Shown here piece after piece: positions 16,222 through 25,726 of a stretch of 64,000 bases of DNA. The stretch lies in contig CASEGV010000001.1 in assembly GCA_949287595.1 (NCBI GenBank), forward strand, positions 129,982 to 193,981. The letters are read 5' to 3'. Source of the stretch: an uncultured Mycoplasmatota bacterium. Its GTDB lineage: Bacteria; Bacillota_I; Bacilli_A; RF39; UBA660. Positions within the stretch are counted from its first letter, which is position 1. Each line of letters starts with the position of its first letter. Position numbers and translations under genes: made by a program. The notes beneath the pieces are model-generated. The model did not search any database. It had not been told where the DNA came from and was given only the letters and a program-made list of their open reading frames with translations.

Positions 16222-17277
16222 TTAATTTAAACGACCTTCATCGATTAATTTTTCCGCAATTTTAAGATAACTGATTGAATTATAGAATTCACTATCACTA
16301 CCATTTCCACCTAACTTAATGAATGATTTTGGAAAGTGTTTTTCTATTTCTTTATTTAAAATCTCATCATCTTTCATTTTATTAAAGAAATAAGCAAGAC
16401 CTCCACAAACTAATATTCCTTCAATGGAATCTAGTGATTCACTAAATTTTTCTTCTAATAGTTTAATTACATTAATAAGATATTCTCTAGTAAATTCTAT
16501 TACTTTATCTGAAATATCATATTCTCTCATTCTTCGTGTGAATAAGCCATTATTATCTAATACAGTCTGACCTTCTTTTACACTCATCTTCATCTCAAAA
16601 TTCTGGAATAAATAATCTATAATTTTATATACTATACAGATAACCCCAGTATTAGCTAATCCTATAGCAGCACCAGCAGAAGATTTTCCATCAAGAACTT
16701 GTGCAGCGTCAATACTTAAAAATCCTCCATCAACTATTAAGTAATTTCGCATTTTAACATCGTTCTTCTTAGATACTTCTCTCAAATCCAACCCAAATTG
16801 TTGATAAGCAAGTTTACAACTCAATCCTTGAGGAAGACATAAAAAGAAATTATCTTTAGTAATATTCAATGATTCATATAAATGATCTAATAAATCTGAA
16901 GCTTTATCACTAAATGCTAAAGATAAACCTAGAATTACATGATCAAATCTATCTAACCAATTATCACCACCATATCTTTTCAATAAATAAGAAAGCCAAA
17001 TAGGATAAGTAGCTTTCATATCTTCATACGTCTCTAATCTATATAATAAAGATCTAGGAACTTTAAGTGCTGGAGTTCCTAAAACATAATACTCACCATT
17101 TAAACAAAATATAGTATCATCATTAGGATCTTCTACTAAATCCTTTCCCCCCAATTTAGCTGCTGCGCTTATAAATTTCTCGAATTGAAGAACTCCATTT
17201 TCATCATAAAAACTTGTCTTCAGAGAACTATATCCATAATCTAATGCTAGTAATTTCTTTTGATTATCTTTTCCCAT
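16222..17277 (-). CDS. Actin-like ATPase (ParM/Alp-like)
   Basis: Phosphate-1 LALDYGYSSLKTS, phosphate-2 LIVDGGFLSIDA and adenosine-like ILVCGGLAYFF motifs, in the order and spacing of the actin/Hsp70 fold. Confidence 0.6.
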   Translation of the reverse strand: MGKDNQKKLLALDYGYSSLKTSFYDENGVLQFEKFISAAAKLGGKDLVEDPNDDTIFCLNGEYYVLGTPALKVPRSLLYRLETYEDMKATYPIWLSYLLKRYGGDNWLDRFDHVILGLSLAFSDKASDLLDHLYESLNITKDNFFLCLPQGLSCKLAYQQFGLDLREVSKKNDVKMRNYLIVDGGFLSIDAAQVLDGKSSAGAAIGLANTGVICIVYKIIDYLFQNFEMKMSVKEGQTVLDNNGLFTRRMREYDISDKVIEFTREYLINVIKLLEEKFSESLDSIEGILVCGGLAYFFNKMKDDEILNKEIEKHFPKSFIKLGGNGSDSEFYNSISYLKIAEKLIDEGRLN

Positions 17278-17282
17278 ATTTT

Positions 17283-17729
17283 CTACTGTTTATAATTTTT
17301 AATTACTTCATTAAAACTATCTATTATCTTTTTATTAACTTTATATTTCTTAAGATCTTGAGTTACTTGATTTTCTAAGTAATCTAGTGGTACATGTGGA
17401 AGTAAAGAAGTATATCCTGATGTAACCATACCAATTCCAAAATCTGAATTAACTAATTTATTTCCAAATTTATCAAATAAATTAATCACTACAACTATTT
17501 GAACTAGCTCAGAATCGCTATTTAAACTTTTATAAGCAAATACTAATTCTCCATTTAATAATGAAGAATGTATACTTGACCAAATATCGGCTGCAACAGA
17601 CATAGCACTATCCCATCCATAAATATATTGTTTACTATATCTATATGGATTTGGATCTTTACATTTAATACTTTCTTTATTCTCCTCCGAACAAAGTATT
17701 TCTTTCTCCGATTTCTTTATCTCTTCCAT
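17283..17729 (-). CDS. Hypothetical protein
   Basis: Track ORF, 6 nt downstream of... rather, immediately upstream-adjacent to the actin-like gene. The true start may be internal, since it overlaps 17677..18114 by 53 nt. Confidence 0.5.
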   Translation of the reverse strand: MEEIKKSEKEILCSEENKESIKCKDPNPYRYSKQYIYGWDSAMSVAADIWSSIHSSLLNGELVFAYKSLNSDSELVQIVVVINLFDKFGNKLVNSDFGIGMVTSGYTSLLPHVPLDYLENQVTQDLKKYKVNKKIIDSFNEVIKNYKQ

Positions 17730-18114
17730 TACTTAATATATAAATTAATATATAATAATATTTTGCTTCACTACAATCTACTTCTTGTAATCCAATAACA
17801 TCAATTTCTATTTTATCAGACCAATCACTAATTATTTTTGAAATAGATTTAAATATATGATCTAAATATTCAATAGAATCATTATACTTTAATGCACTGA
17901 ATAATACATAATAATTATCCCAATCCCCTAATTCTTCAGTTCTTTTTCTAGTTTCTAGAAATCTTAAAGATATTCCTGGAGTATTCTCTGAATAATTATA
18001 ATTTAATATATGCTCAGTTAAGTTATTATCTACCTCTAACCTCTTAATACCTTTCATACTAAGAAGTCTTTTGATTTCACTATTATTATTGTAATCCTGA
18101 GTGTCCAAAGCCAT
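17677..18114 (-). CDS. Hypothetical protein
   Basis: Track ORF in a chain of overlapping start/stop genes. Confidence 0.5.
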   Translation of the reverse strand: MALDTQDYNNNSEIKRLLSMKGIKRLEVDNNLTEHILNYNYSENTPGISLRFLETRKRTEELGDWDNYYVLFSALKYNDSIEYLDHIFKSISKIISDWSDKIEIDVIGLQEVDCSEAKYYYILIYILSNGRDKEIGERNTLFGGE

Positions 18115-18517
18115 TTCCTCCTCTTTCAGTTATTTTTTCAATTTTATCTACTTCTTCCAAAGTTATAATTTCAACTTTTGCACAAACTATCTGAGCTATT
18201 CTCTCACCTGAATTAATAGTATGAGTTTCATTACTAAGATTTATCAGTGTGATCTTTAACTCACCTGTATAAGAAGAATCGATAGTTCCTAACTGGGCTA
18301 CTAATCCTTGATTACTAGTTAATCCGCTTCTTGGACGAATTTGAATTTCATAACCTTCAGGAATATCTAAATATATTCCTGTAGGAAAAGTATATCTCTC
18401 CAAAGGTCCTAACACTACAGGTTCATCCATAAAAGTTCTTATATCCATTCCGCTATCCCCTGGTTTAGCATACTTTGGATTTGGATTATTTGATTTATTA
18501 ACTATTTTTACAACCAT
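18086..18517 (-). CDS. dut: dUTP pyrophosphatase (trimeric dUTPase)
   Basis: All five motifs are present: GDSGMDI, RPRSGL, GTIDSSYTGEL, GERIAQIV, ERGGNGFGHSG. Confidence 0.9.
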   Translation of the reverse strand: MVVKIVNKSNNPNPKYAKPGDSGMDIRTFMDEPVVLGPLERYTFPTGIYLDIPEGYEIQIRPRSGLTSNQGLVAQLGTIDSSYTGELKITLINLSNETHTINSGERIAQIVCAKVEIITLEEVDKIEKITERGGNGFGHSGLQ

Positions 18518-19047
18518 GATACTGTATTACTATAAAAAGATTTATTACCTACTCCTAAAATATGAACTTGATTATTTGAATCTTCATAAAAATTAATATC
18601 TCCAATAAAATTAGGGATAATAGTATAACACCAATCTCCATAATTAGAAAGAAAATCTGGACAGTATTTCAATACTTCATCTAATTTGAATACTCCGAAA
18701 CTTCCAGAGTCTACACAAAATCTACCTATAGTTTTTCTAGATCTTATAAGATCTTCTAACTTTATTTGATTATCAATATTAGAATTTTTATAAAAACTAT
18801 AATAAGCATCTTCTATGTCTTCGACAAATTTCTCTAACTCTAGTTGACACATAACTTTATTCATTTCAGAGACTTTCCATCTTCCATCCCCAACTTTAGT
18901 AGCTTCCCAAATATAATCTGTAAATCCTAAAGAAGGATTTATTTTACAAGTTTTATAATTAAATCCAGTATCATTACTAGACCAATCTTCATCCCTTTTT
19001 ACAAAATAACAAGGATCTGTAATAATAATAGTTCCATCAATTTTCAT
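18508..19047 (-). CDS. Hypothetical protein
   Basis: Track ORF, translationally coupled to its neighbours. Confidence 0.55.
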   Translation of the reverse strand: MKIDGTIIITDPCYFVKRDEDWSSNDTGFNYKTCKINPSLGFTDYIWEATKVGDGRWKVSEMNKVMCQLELEKFVEDIEDAYYSFYKNSNIDNQIKLEDLIRSRKTIGRFCVDSGSFGVFKLDEVLKYCPDFLSNYGDWCYTIIPNFIGDINFYEDSNNQVHILGVGNKSFYSNTVSWL

Positions 19048-19487
19048 AATTTATACTTTTTTCTTGTTCTATACTTAAAGAACCAAGATGTTCCGGAAAT
19101 AAATCTTACTTGTCCGATTAATCCAGGTCCTTTATACATTTCATTTATATTTACTGCATATACATCAAATCCATAGTTTTCAGGACTAACACATGTTCTA
19201 TCTTTTATCAACTCTCCAGATGCAATTAATGATTGGAGAGTTGACATTAGATAGTCATAATCTTCTGGTAAAAGATATGTTGGCTTTTTTAAATCTTCTA
19301 ATGCTAAACAATAATATATAGGAAGATTTAAATAAACTGATTTACCTTTTTGTTCCATAATTAACAATCTAGTTTCTTTTTCATACCTAACTGTTATAGG
19401 AACTGGAAAATTAGATTTAACAGTATTATCTGAAAACTCAACTAATGAATTATATATTTCTAAAATATCATTTTGAAGAGTTGTCAT
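19044..19487 (-). CDS. Hypothetical protein
   Basis: Track ORF. Confidence 0.55.
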   Translation of the reverse strand: MTTLQNDILEIYNSLVEFSDNTVKSNFPVPITVRYEKETRLLIMEQKGKSVYLNLPIYYCLALEDLKKPTYLLPEDYDYLMSTLQSLIASGELIKDRTCVSPENYGFDVYAVNINEMYKGPGLIGQVRFISGTSWFFKYRTRKKYKL

Positions 19488-19495
19488 AATAATTA

Positions 19496-20119
19496 TTAAT
19501 CTTCACTAGTAGCACAAAATACTTTAATTCCCATCTGATCCAATAAATTATATATTTGAGAAGTAATAGATGGGCTTATAGAACCAGTGGTATTTTTAAT
19601 CTTATCCATACTATTTAATAAAACTGTAAATGGATTTTTTACACCAGACATTTTATTTTGATCAAATAAACCAGACTGTTCTACGATCTGACGAAGAACA
19701 TTTGGAATATCCATACCTTCACCTGGAATAATTTTAGTTGCTGTAGGATAGTCATTCTGAATAAAGTTATAATCAATAACATTCCATTCAACTACACTAC
19801 CTGAAGGAACCCCAGTAGAATTTTCTTCATCATCAGTTACATTCTGAATCTGAACCATAAATCCAGATTGAGCTAACCAATAATTAATACTAGAAAAATC
19901 CTTGGTACTCATAATACTACTAGAATTAATATAAGATACTAATTCTTCATTACCTAATGAACTTTCAAAATTAGATAAATTATTCTTAAGGAATCCTTTA
20001 ACAAATTCCATAATACTTACGCCCATACTTTCTTTATTAAATCTGCTACGAGCAACACAACGACCTACCATTGAATTTACATCTTGAGTAGGAATTGAAT
20101 ACAAATTTACTTCGATCAT
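19496..20119 (-). CDS. Hypothetical protein
   Basis: Track ORF. Confidence 0.55.
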   Translation of the reverse strand: MIEVNLYSIPTQDVNSMVGRCVARSRFNKESMGVSIMEFVKGFLKNNLSNFESSLGNEELVSYINSSSIMSTKDFSSINYWLAQSGFMVQIQNVTDDEENSTGVPSGSVVEWNVIDYNFIQNDYPTATKIIPGEGMDIPNVLRQIVEQSGLFDQNKMSGVKNPFTVLLNSMDKIKNTTGSISPSITSQIYNLLDQMGIKVFCATSED

Positions 20120-20143
20120 TTTATAAACTATTTAAATTAAATT

Positions 20144-20542
20144 TTACATATTAATATTAGGATTGGCTATTAATAAAAAAATAGCCCATAATCTTTCTTC
20201 AACTAAACCAGAGGTAAATAGGATTTTTTCATTCATGCTAAAATCTCCAGCCTCTAATATAGCATTGTATACCTGAATAAAATCTACTTCTTGCCCATTT
20301 CTCCAGTTAATAAAGATATCAACTAACCAGGACTCAAATTCAATACTTCTAATATTATTAAAGTCTAATAGTAAAAATTCTTTGATATCAAATGCATCTT
20401 TTAATAATATAAATATATCAGATATTCTTGCTGTATATCCATATTTTTCAGATAATAATTTATATACTGACCTTACTACATCAGTAAAGTCAGTATCATT
20501 TATTGTTTTTATAAAAGAATTTCTCGGAGTTATATTAAACAT
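20144..20542 (-). CDS. Hypothetical protein
   Basis: Track ORF. Confidence 0.5.
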   Translation of the reverse strand: MFNITPRNSFIKTINDTDFTDVVRSVYKLLSEKYGYTARISDIFILLKDAFDIKEFLLLDFNNIRSIEFESWLVDIFINWRNGQEVDFIQVYNAILEAGDFSMNEKILFTSGLVEERLWAIFLLIANPNINM

Positions 20543-21017
20543 ATACTTTTATTGGAAACAACCTAGCTATATCAAATAGTCTTATATACAATTTATTATA
20601 TTGATTCATAAAATCTGATACTAATGAATAATTGTTAAATACCCATTCACTATTCAGAGATTTTAATGTATCATCTTTACTCTTTAGATCCATCCAATAT
20701 TCCGTTACTATTGAATTACTTAACGAACCATGATACGATTGAGTATATGAATTAGACCTTATCATAAATATATTATCCCAAATTGGAATATTAGGTATAT
20801 CTAGAACATGAATGATAAGTTTTTTAATAAATATCGGTTCAAATTTATCATCAATTATACCAAATTCACTATTCCATTCAAATTCAAATGTTGATACTCT
20901 ATCTTCAATATTCCACTCTATAAATTTTTCTATCAATACCTTATATAAATCCTCCCATTCTTTCTTAGGAGAAGTTATTTTTATAGATTCTTTTTTAAAC
21001 TCTAATAAACTTTTCAT
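20535..21017 (-). CDS. Hypothetical protein
   Basis: Track ORF. Confidence 0.5.
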   Translation of the reverse strand: MKSLLEFKKESIKITSPKKEWEDLYKVLIEKFIEWNIEDRVSTFEFEWNSEFGIIDDKFEPIFIKKLIIHVLDIPNIPIWDNIFMIRSNSYTQSYHGSLSNSIVTEYWMDLKSKDDTLKSLNSEWVFNNYSLVSDFMNQYNKLYIRLFDIARLFPIKVYV

Positions 21018-22521
21018 AATATTCTCTTAAAACGATAAATCCTGCTTTCCAAACTAAGTTTAAATTTCTAAGCTGTAATTGAGTAGTTAAATATCCTGCT
21101 AGATATTCGAAAAATCCCTGTTCATTATTATTCTCTACAAATGAAAATAATATTGATAAATCTATATTAGTATTTTCCCACTTAAATCTATCAATAACAA
21201 GATATTTATTTAAGTCAAATCCTACTAAATTTGGTTGAAGAGAAGATAAATATGATCTCATTCTTCCCATTCTCTCACTACACAATTGATTGCCACATTT
21301 TAATAGACTTCCATATACATCTTTTTCAGACATTGTATATCCACATGGACAAGTAGGCCATTGAAAATCTCCATTACCTTCTTTAAATGATTCTCCAACC
21401 ATTGGAATAGTAGAGTTTGCCATTATAATACTAACAATAGATCCAGGAGTTATTTTCTTTGATACCATTTTACTAACACTTCCAGCAGAAGGTTTTTTTA
21501 TAGTACATCCTTTTATCTGTATTGGATTAATTAAAATATTCGCTGACCAACTATCTTTTCCTTTAGCAACTTGAGAATTCCATTGAATTCCTAATACTTC
21601 TGTTTTTACCAACTCAGTATCATTTCCAGCTCCAGAATATTTAAGCGCTCCTATACATACTCCCAACTTGTTGTATATTACCCAACCATCATTTAAAAAA
21701 TAACCGGTTGGAGTAATAGTTTTTAACGTTTCTGTATATCCAGGAGCAGATTCTAAATCCTTTAAAGTCCAAATTGATGCTGGTGCAAATAAAATATGTC
21801 CGTCTATAGGAGAATATGTGATTTCAAATGAATTTATTACATTTCTAAAATCATAATTATACGATTTCCAAAAACTTTCCTTATCGATATTAGGATCTAA
21901 ATAAAATCTATAAGCTCTTAATGTTAAATAATTATTTACTTCTGATACAAGATACTTAGAATTTACTAATCCATTAGCCTTTTGTCTTGCAGTATCTGGG
22001 TCAGAATCTCCCAATCTATTTAAATCTACAAGAGCTTCGGCTTGAATAGCAACAATACCTTTTGGAAACTTTTTCGGAAGAAAGCTTATTAATTTCCAAG
22101 TTTGATCTACACCATAGTTGTCTAAATTTAGATTTCCTACAGTTACAACTCTCATCGGAGTCCCAGTAGTAGGATCTATGTAAATAGCTATAGAAGCCCC
22201 ATCATATTTTAAATCATACAATAATTCTTCTCCAAACTCTCTCTCTACATTTCGAAGAGCATCTAACATAGATATTCCTTCTACTTTTTTCTTTTTTATT
22301 TTTTCTATCCAACTATTTTTGGTTTTTGTTCCTTTCAAATATGTATTAAATACATAATCTCTAGCAAAAAAACCATCTTCTTTTATTGCTCTTAATTCTA
22401 GCTCGTCAAATTCACTATCACTCATCCCTGTTGGAAGAGAATCGATATAATAATTTTTACAAGCTTGAATTAAAATTTTCCATTTTTCTAATGATTGTTC
22501 TGTAATGTTATTATTACACAT
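20995..22521 (-). CDS. NAD-dependent DNA ligase-like protein
   Basis: N-terminal YYIDSLPTGMSDSEFDELELRA (LigA Ia-domain pattern YY..D.P.ISD.EYD.L). Adenylation lysine context LYDLKYDGASIAIY (KxDG). Cys cluster WPTCPCG..LKCGNQLC at the LigA Zn-finger position. It is shorter than bacterial LigA and I saw no BRCT region. Confidence 0.6.
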   Translation of the reverse strand: MCNNNITEQSLEKWKILIQACKNYYIDSLPTGMSDSEFDELELRAIKEDGFFARDYVFNTYLKGTKTKNSWIEKIKKKKVEGISMLDALRNVEREFGEELLYDLKYDGASIAIYIDPTTGTPMRVVTVGNLNLDNYGVDQTWKLISFLPKKFPKGIVAIQAEALVDLNRLGDSDPDTARQKANGLVNSKYLVSEVNNYLTLRAYRFYLDPNIDKESFWKSYNYDFRNVINSFEITYSPIDGHILFAPASIWTLKDLESAPGYTETLKTITPTGYFLNDGWVIYNKLGVCIGALKYSGAGNDTELVKTEVLGIQWNSQVAKGKDSWSANILINPIQIKGCTIKKPSAGSVSKMVSKKITPGSIVSIIMANSTIPMVGESFKEGNGDFQWPTCPCGYTMSEKDVYGSLLKCGNQLCSERMGRMRSYLSSLQPNLVGFDLNKYLVIDRFKWENTNIDLSILFSFVENNNEQGFFEYLAGYLTTQLQLRNLNLVWKAGFIVLREYYEKFIRV

Positions 22522-22556
22522 AATTTAAAATTTTAATTATTTACATAATTAAGAAT

Positions 22557-22949
22557 TTAAGCTTCTTTTCCTATTTTTAATAACCAAGATAATAAAATAT
22601 CTTGAACTTCATTATCAAAAATTTCTCTTACATTACTGTAATCATCTTCAGGGATAGAAGAAGAACCAGCTTTTACTGCTACATTATAATCCTGTCCTCT
22701 AGATTCAGAATATCTCTTTATTATTCTATATCCACGATTCTTAAGAAATTCTTCCATTTTTTCTTGAGGAAACATATATCCCAATGGTTTTGGCATTACT
22801 AAAGAATTCAAAAGAACATCAGTTAATGGGCAGTCTGGTAATTCTTCTATATTTGGTAATTGATTATCTTCAAAATTATCATCATAATTTGACTCATCAT
22901 CATTATTACCGCCATCATATAATGGTAAATCTTTATCTTCGTTTTTCAT
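22557..22949 (-). CDS. Hypothetical acidic protein (KMEEFLKNRGYRII motif)
   Basis: Track ORF. Shares a short motif with 12964..13401. Confidence 0.5.
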   Translation of the reverse strand: MKNEDKDLPLYDGGNNDDESNYDDNFEDNQLPNIEELPDCPLTDVLLNSLVMPKPLGYMFPQEKMEEFLKNRGYRIIKRYSESRGQDYNVAVKAGSSSIPEDDYSNVREIFDNEVQDILLSWLLKIGKEA

Positions 22950-23012
22950 AATTAAAATTTTATTTATTAATAATATTTAAACTAAGATTAATTTATAAAT
23001 TAATCTCACATA

Positions 23013-23597
23013 TCAGGAAATCAAGGCATTTTGAGAGCGTTTTAAATAATCCGCTAAAAAATATATAAACCTTACTAATTCTATTTCATTTTTAGAATTA
23101 CAAAATTCTAAATAATCTTTAGCAGAAAGAAATTGATTATTTAAACTTTCTAGAAATTTATTAATTAATAGAACAATATCAAAGTCGATACCATAGTAAT
23201 ACTTTACATTACTAGGGATAGCAAGTTCTCCAAAAATCAAATAATTAGGAAGTATAAAAATACTTCTAGTATTTACTAAATTTTTTACAAGACATTTAGA
23301 AAATCCCATTTTAGTTGGATACATTGACATTGGAATACAAAATGTTATTTCATTTAAATGTTTTTCATCAGTATTATTACTATTAAATTCATTAACTGCA
23401 TCAACAGATTTCTTAAAAAAATCCTTAACTGATAAATTAAGATCTACTTTTTTCTTTATAGTTTCTAATAATTTATTATCATAGTCCTTAAAATTACTTA
23501 CTAATCCAATCTTATAGTTAAGAATTATATAAGTATATTTTAAATATAAATTTAATCCTGGAGAATATCTATTTTCTACTATTACATCAGTTATCAT
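23013..23597 (-). CDS. Hypothetical protein
   Basis: Track ORF. Confidence 0.5.
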   Translation of the reverse strand: MITDVIVENRYSPGLNLYLKYTYIILNYKIGLVSNFKDYDNKLLETIKKKVDLNLSVKDFFKKSVDAVNEFNSNNTDEKHLNEITFCIPMSMYPTKMGFSKCLVKNLVNTRSIFILPNYLIFGELAIPSNVKYYYGIDFDIVLLINKFLESLNNQFLSAKDYLEFCNSKNEIELVRFIYFLADYLKRSQNALIS

Positions 23598-23606
23598 AAT
23601 ATATTT

Positions 23607-23642
23607 AATAAAATAAAACCTACCTAGAGACTTCTAGGTAGG
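23607..23642 (-). terminator. Rho-independent terminator after groEL
   Basis: The minus strand reads CCTACCTAG-AAGTCT-CTAGGTAGG followed by TTTTATTTTATT. Confidence 0.7.
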
Positions 23643-23659
23643 CATTATATTTAAAATTA

Positions 23660-25285
23660 TTATTTAATTAAATTATCTTCGTTTTTATCTTCTTCATCTA
23701 CAACTGTACAATCAATTAATAATATCATAGATGCAGCAGATACACTATTTTCGAGTGCTACTCTTAATGCTTTAGAAGAATCTAAAACACCTTCTTCCTC
23801 AAGATTACAATACTTCTTTGTTTTTGCATTGAAACCTACACCAGGTTTAGATGTTTTAATCTTTTCTAATACTACATCAGGAGATACTCCACAATTTTCT
23901 ACTACGGATTTCATAATAATTGGCAATGATTCTTGAAGAATTTTTGCTCCTTCAATCTCATCATCAACTAATGTTTTCCAGAACTCCTTATCTTTAGCCA
24001 ATTCAAGTGATGCTTTGAAATAAGTATATCCAGATCCGAGAGAACAACCTTCTGCCAAAGCACTCTTAGATGCCAAAATAGCATCTTCAACAGTTGCTTT
24101 AAGGTTTGCCCTTTCAATTTCACTAGCAGAACCAACTTTAATTAATCCAATACCTCCAGCTAATTGAGATAATCTAGAGCTATATTTCTTCTTATCGTAA
24201 TCACTAATGTCAGGATCAGAAATTCGATTTTTCAAAGTTTCAATTCTTTCACTAATAACACTCTTATCTCCATTTCCTTCATAGATAATACAAGAATCTC
24301 TAGATACAACAACTTTATTTGCTGTACCAAAATCCTCTAATGTAGCCTGATTAATTGAAATTCCATTTTCTGGATCCAAATATGTTCCACCAGTAAATAC
24401 TGCTAAATCAGCCATAATATTTTTTCTATTATCTCCAAAGTCTACTCCTTTAACTACACAACAACGAATATTTCCTTGAAGAGTATTAAGAATAAAAATA
24501 CCATTTACTTGATCAGACATATCATTACATACAATCAAGAAAGGCCGTCCACTTTTACACAAAGGCTCAATAATAGGACCTACTTGATTAAAATTACTAA
24601 TATTTTCTCCAACTACTATAATGTATGGATTCTCCATTACACATTTTGCATCAGATGGACTATTTACATACTGTGGACTAGACCATCCTTTAGTAAGTTT
24701 AAATCCTTGAACAATATCAATAGTCGTATCAATACCAGAAGAATAATCTGCTTGAATTTCTGCATCAGTTCCGATTTTTTCCATACATGACACTATTAGA
24801 TCTCCAATAGTAGAATCATTGTTAGCAGAAATTGTTGCTACCTTATGAATTTTATTAAGATCACCATCTACCTTAATAGAGTTCTTAGCAATATAGTTAG
24901 TAACCCATTTCTGAGCTTTCTTCATACCATCCTTAATTTCATTTACATTAGCTCCAGTACGAATTGCTTTTTGACCTTTAATCACCATTTCTTCAATAAG
25001 AGCTACTGTAGTTGAGGTTGAATCACCAGCTTGATCTTCAGTACTTGCAGCTGCTTTACGAACAATTTGAGCTCCAATATTTTCTTCTTGATCTTTAAAA
25101 GATATAGATTTACTAACAATACTACCATCTCGAGAAATTTCGGGACCAGTCATACTATTAGCAATTACTACATGTTTTCCTGCAGGACCAATAGTTGTTT
25201 TTACTGCATCTGCAATCTTTATAACACCACTAATTACTTTCTCACGTGATTCAGCTCCTTTAATAATTTTTTTTCCTTCTGCCAT
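23660..25285 (-). CDS. groEL: Chaperonin GroEL (Cpn60) homologue
   Basis: ADAVKTTIGPAGKHVVI, VATISANNDSTIGDLI and GGIGLIKVGSASEIE..LKATVEDAILASKSALAEG align with canonical GroEL segments. Length 541 aa. Confidence 0.9.
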   Translation of the reverse strand: MAEGKKIIKGAESREKVISGVIKIADAVKTTIGPAGKHVVIANSMTGPEISRDGSIVSKSISFKDQEENIGAQIVRKAAASTEDQAGDSTSTTVALIEEMVIKGQKAIRTGANVNEIKDGMKKAQKWVTNYIAKNSIKVDGDLNKIHKVATISANNDSTIGDLIVSCMEKIGTDAEIQADYSSGIDTTIDIVQGFKLTKGWSSPQYVNSPSDAKCVMENPYIIVVGENISNFNQVGPIIEPLCKSGRPFLIVCNDMSDQVNGIFILNTLQGNIRCCVVKGVDFGDNRKNIMADLAVFTGGTYLDPENGISINQATLEDFGTANKVVVSRDSCIIYEGNGDKSVISERIETLKNRISDPDISDYDKKKYSSRLSQLAGGIGLIKVGSASEIERANLKATVEDAILASKSALAEGCSLGSGYTYFKASLELAKDKEFWKTLVDDEIEGAKILQESLPIIMKSVVENCGVSPDVVLEKIKTSKPGVGFNAKTKKYCNLEEEGVLDSSKALRVALENSVSAASMILLIDCTVVDEEDKNEDNLIK

Positions 25286-25305
25286 TTTTCTAATAATTTT
25301 AAATT

Positions 25306-25563
25306 TTACAATACTACAATAATTTCATTTAAAGTAATAACACGATATTTCTCCCCGTTTTCCATAAATTCCTTTCCAGACTTCGGATAAATATAAACCT
25401 TATCTCCAAGTTTTAAAATCTCTCCATCTTTATTAACTTCATTTCCAACTTCGATAACAGTAGCTTTCTCAATATCTTCTACAGGAACTGTAAAATTACC
25501 GAGCTTCTGTTGTAATTGATCGTTATCTACTTGTACTAAAACTTTTGATTGTAATACTTTCAT
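25306..25563 (-). CDS. groES: Co-chaperonin GroES (Cpn10)-like
   Basis: 85 aa, immediately upstream of groEL. KVLVQ.., ATVIEVGN, LKLGDKVYIYPKSGKEF..NGEKYRVITLNEII follows the GroES pattern. Confidence 0.7.
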   Translation of the reverse strand: MKVLQSKVLVQVDNDQLQQKLGNFTVPVEDIEKATVIEVGNEVNKDGEILKLGDKVYIYPKSGKEFMENGEKYRVITLNEIIVVL

Positions 25564-25647
25564 TTCTTTTTTAAATTTTTAAATGTTACACAATAAACTT
25601 TTTATACAATTATAAGAGATTGAGGACTGTTTTTATTCCTCTTTCTT

Positions 25648-25672
25648 CATTACTAAGATTATTTAGGGTTTT
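25648..25672 (-). promoter_or_regulatory. Class 1-like motif upstream of groES
   Basis: The minus strand reads AAAACCCTAAATAATCTTAGTAATG, 84 nt before ATG 25563. Confidence 0.3.
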
Positions 25673-25726
25673 AAAAAGCAAAATAATAAATAGATAGAAA
25701 ATTGATTCTCTATCTATTTAATATAA

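Noticed and set aside
24476-25249. Plus-strand ORFs 24476..24790 and 25031..25249 inside groEL.
   Set aside because: They are antisense to a confidently identified gene, their sequence is low-complexity and I/L/F/N-rich as expected from AT-rich antisense frames, and they have no start context.
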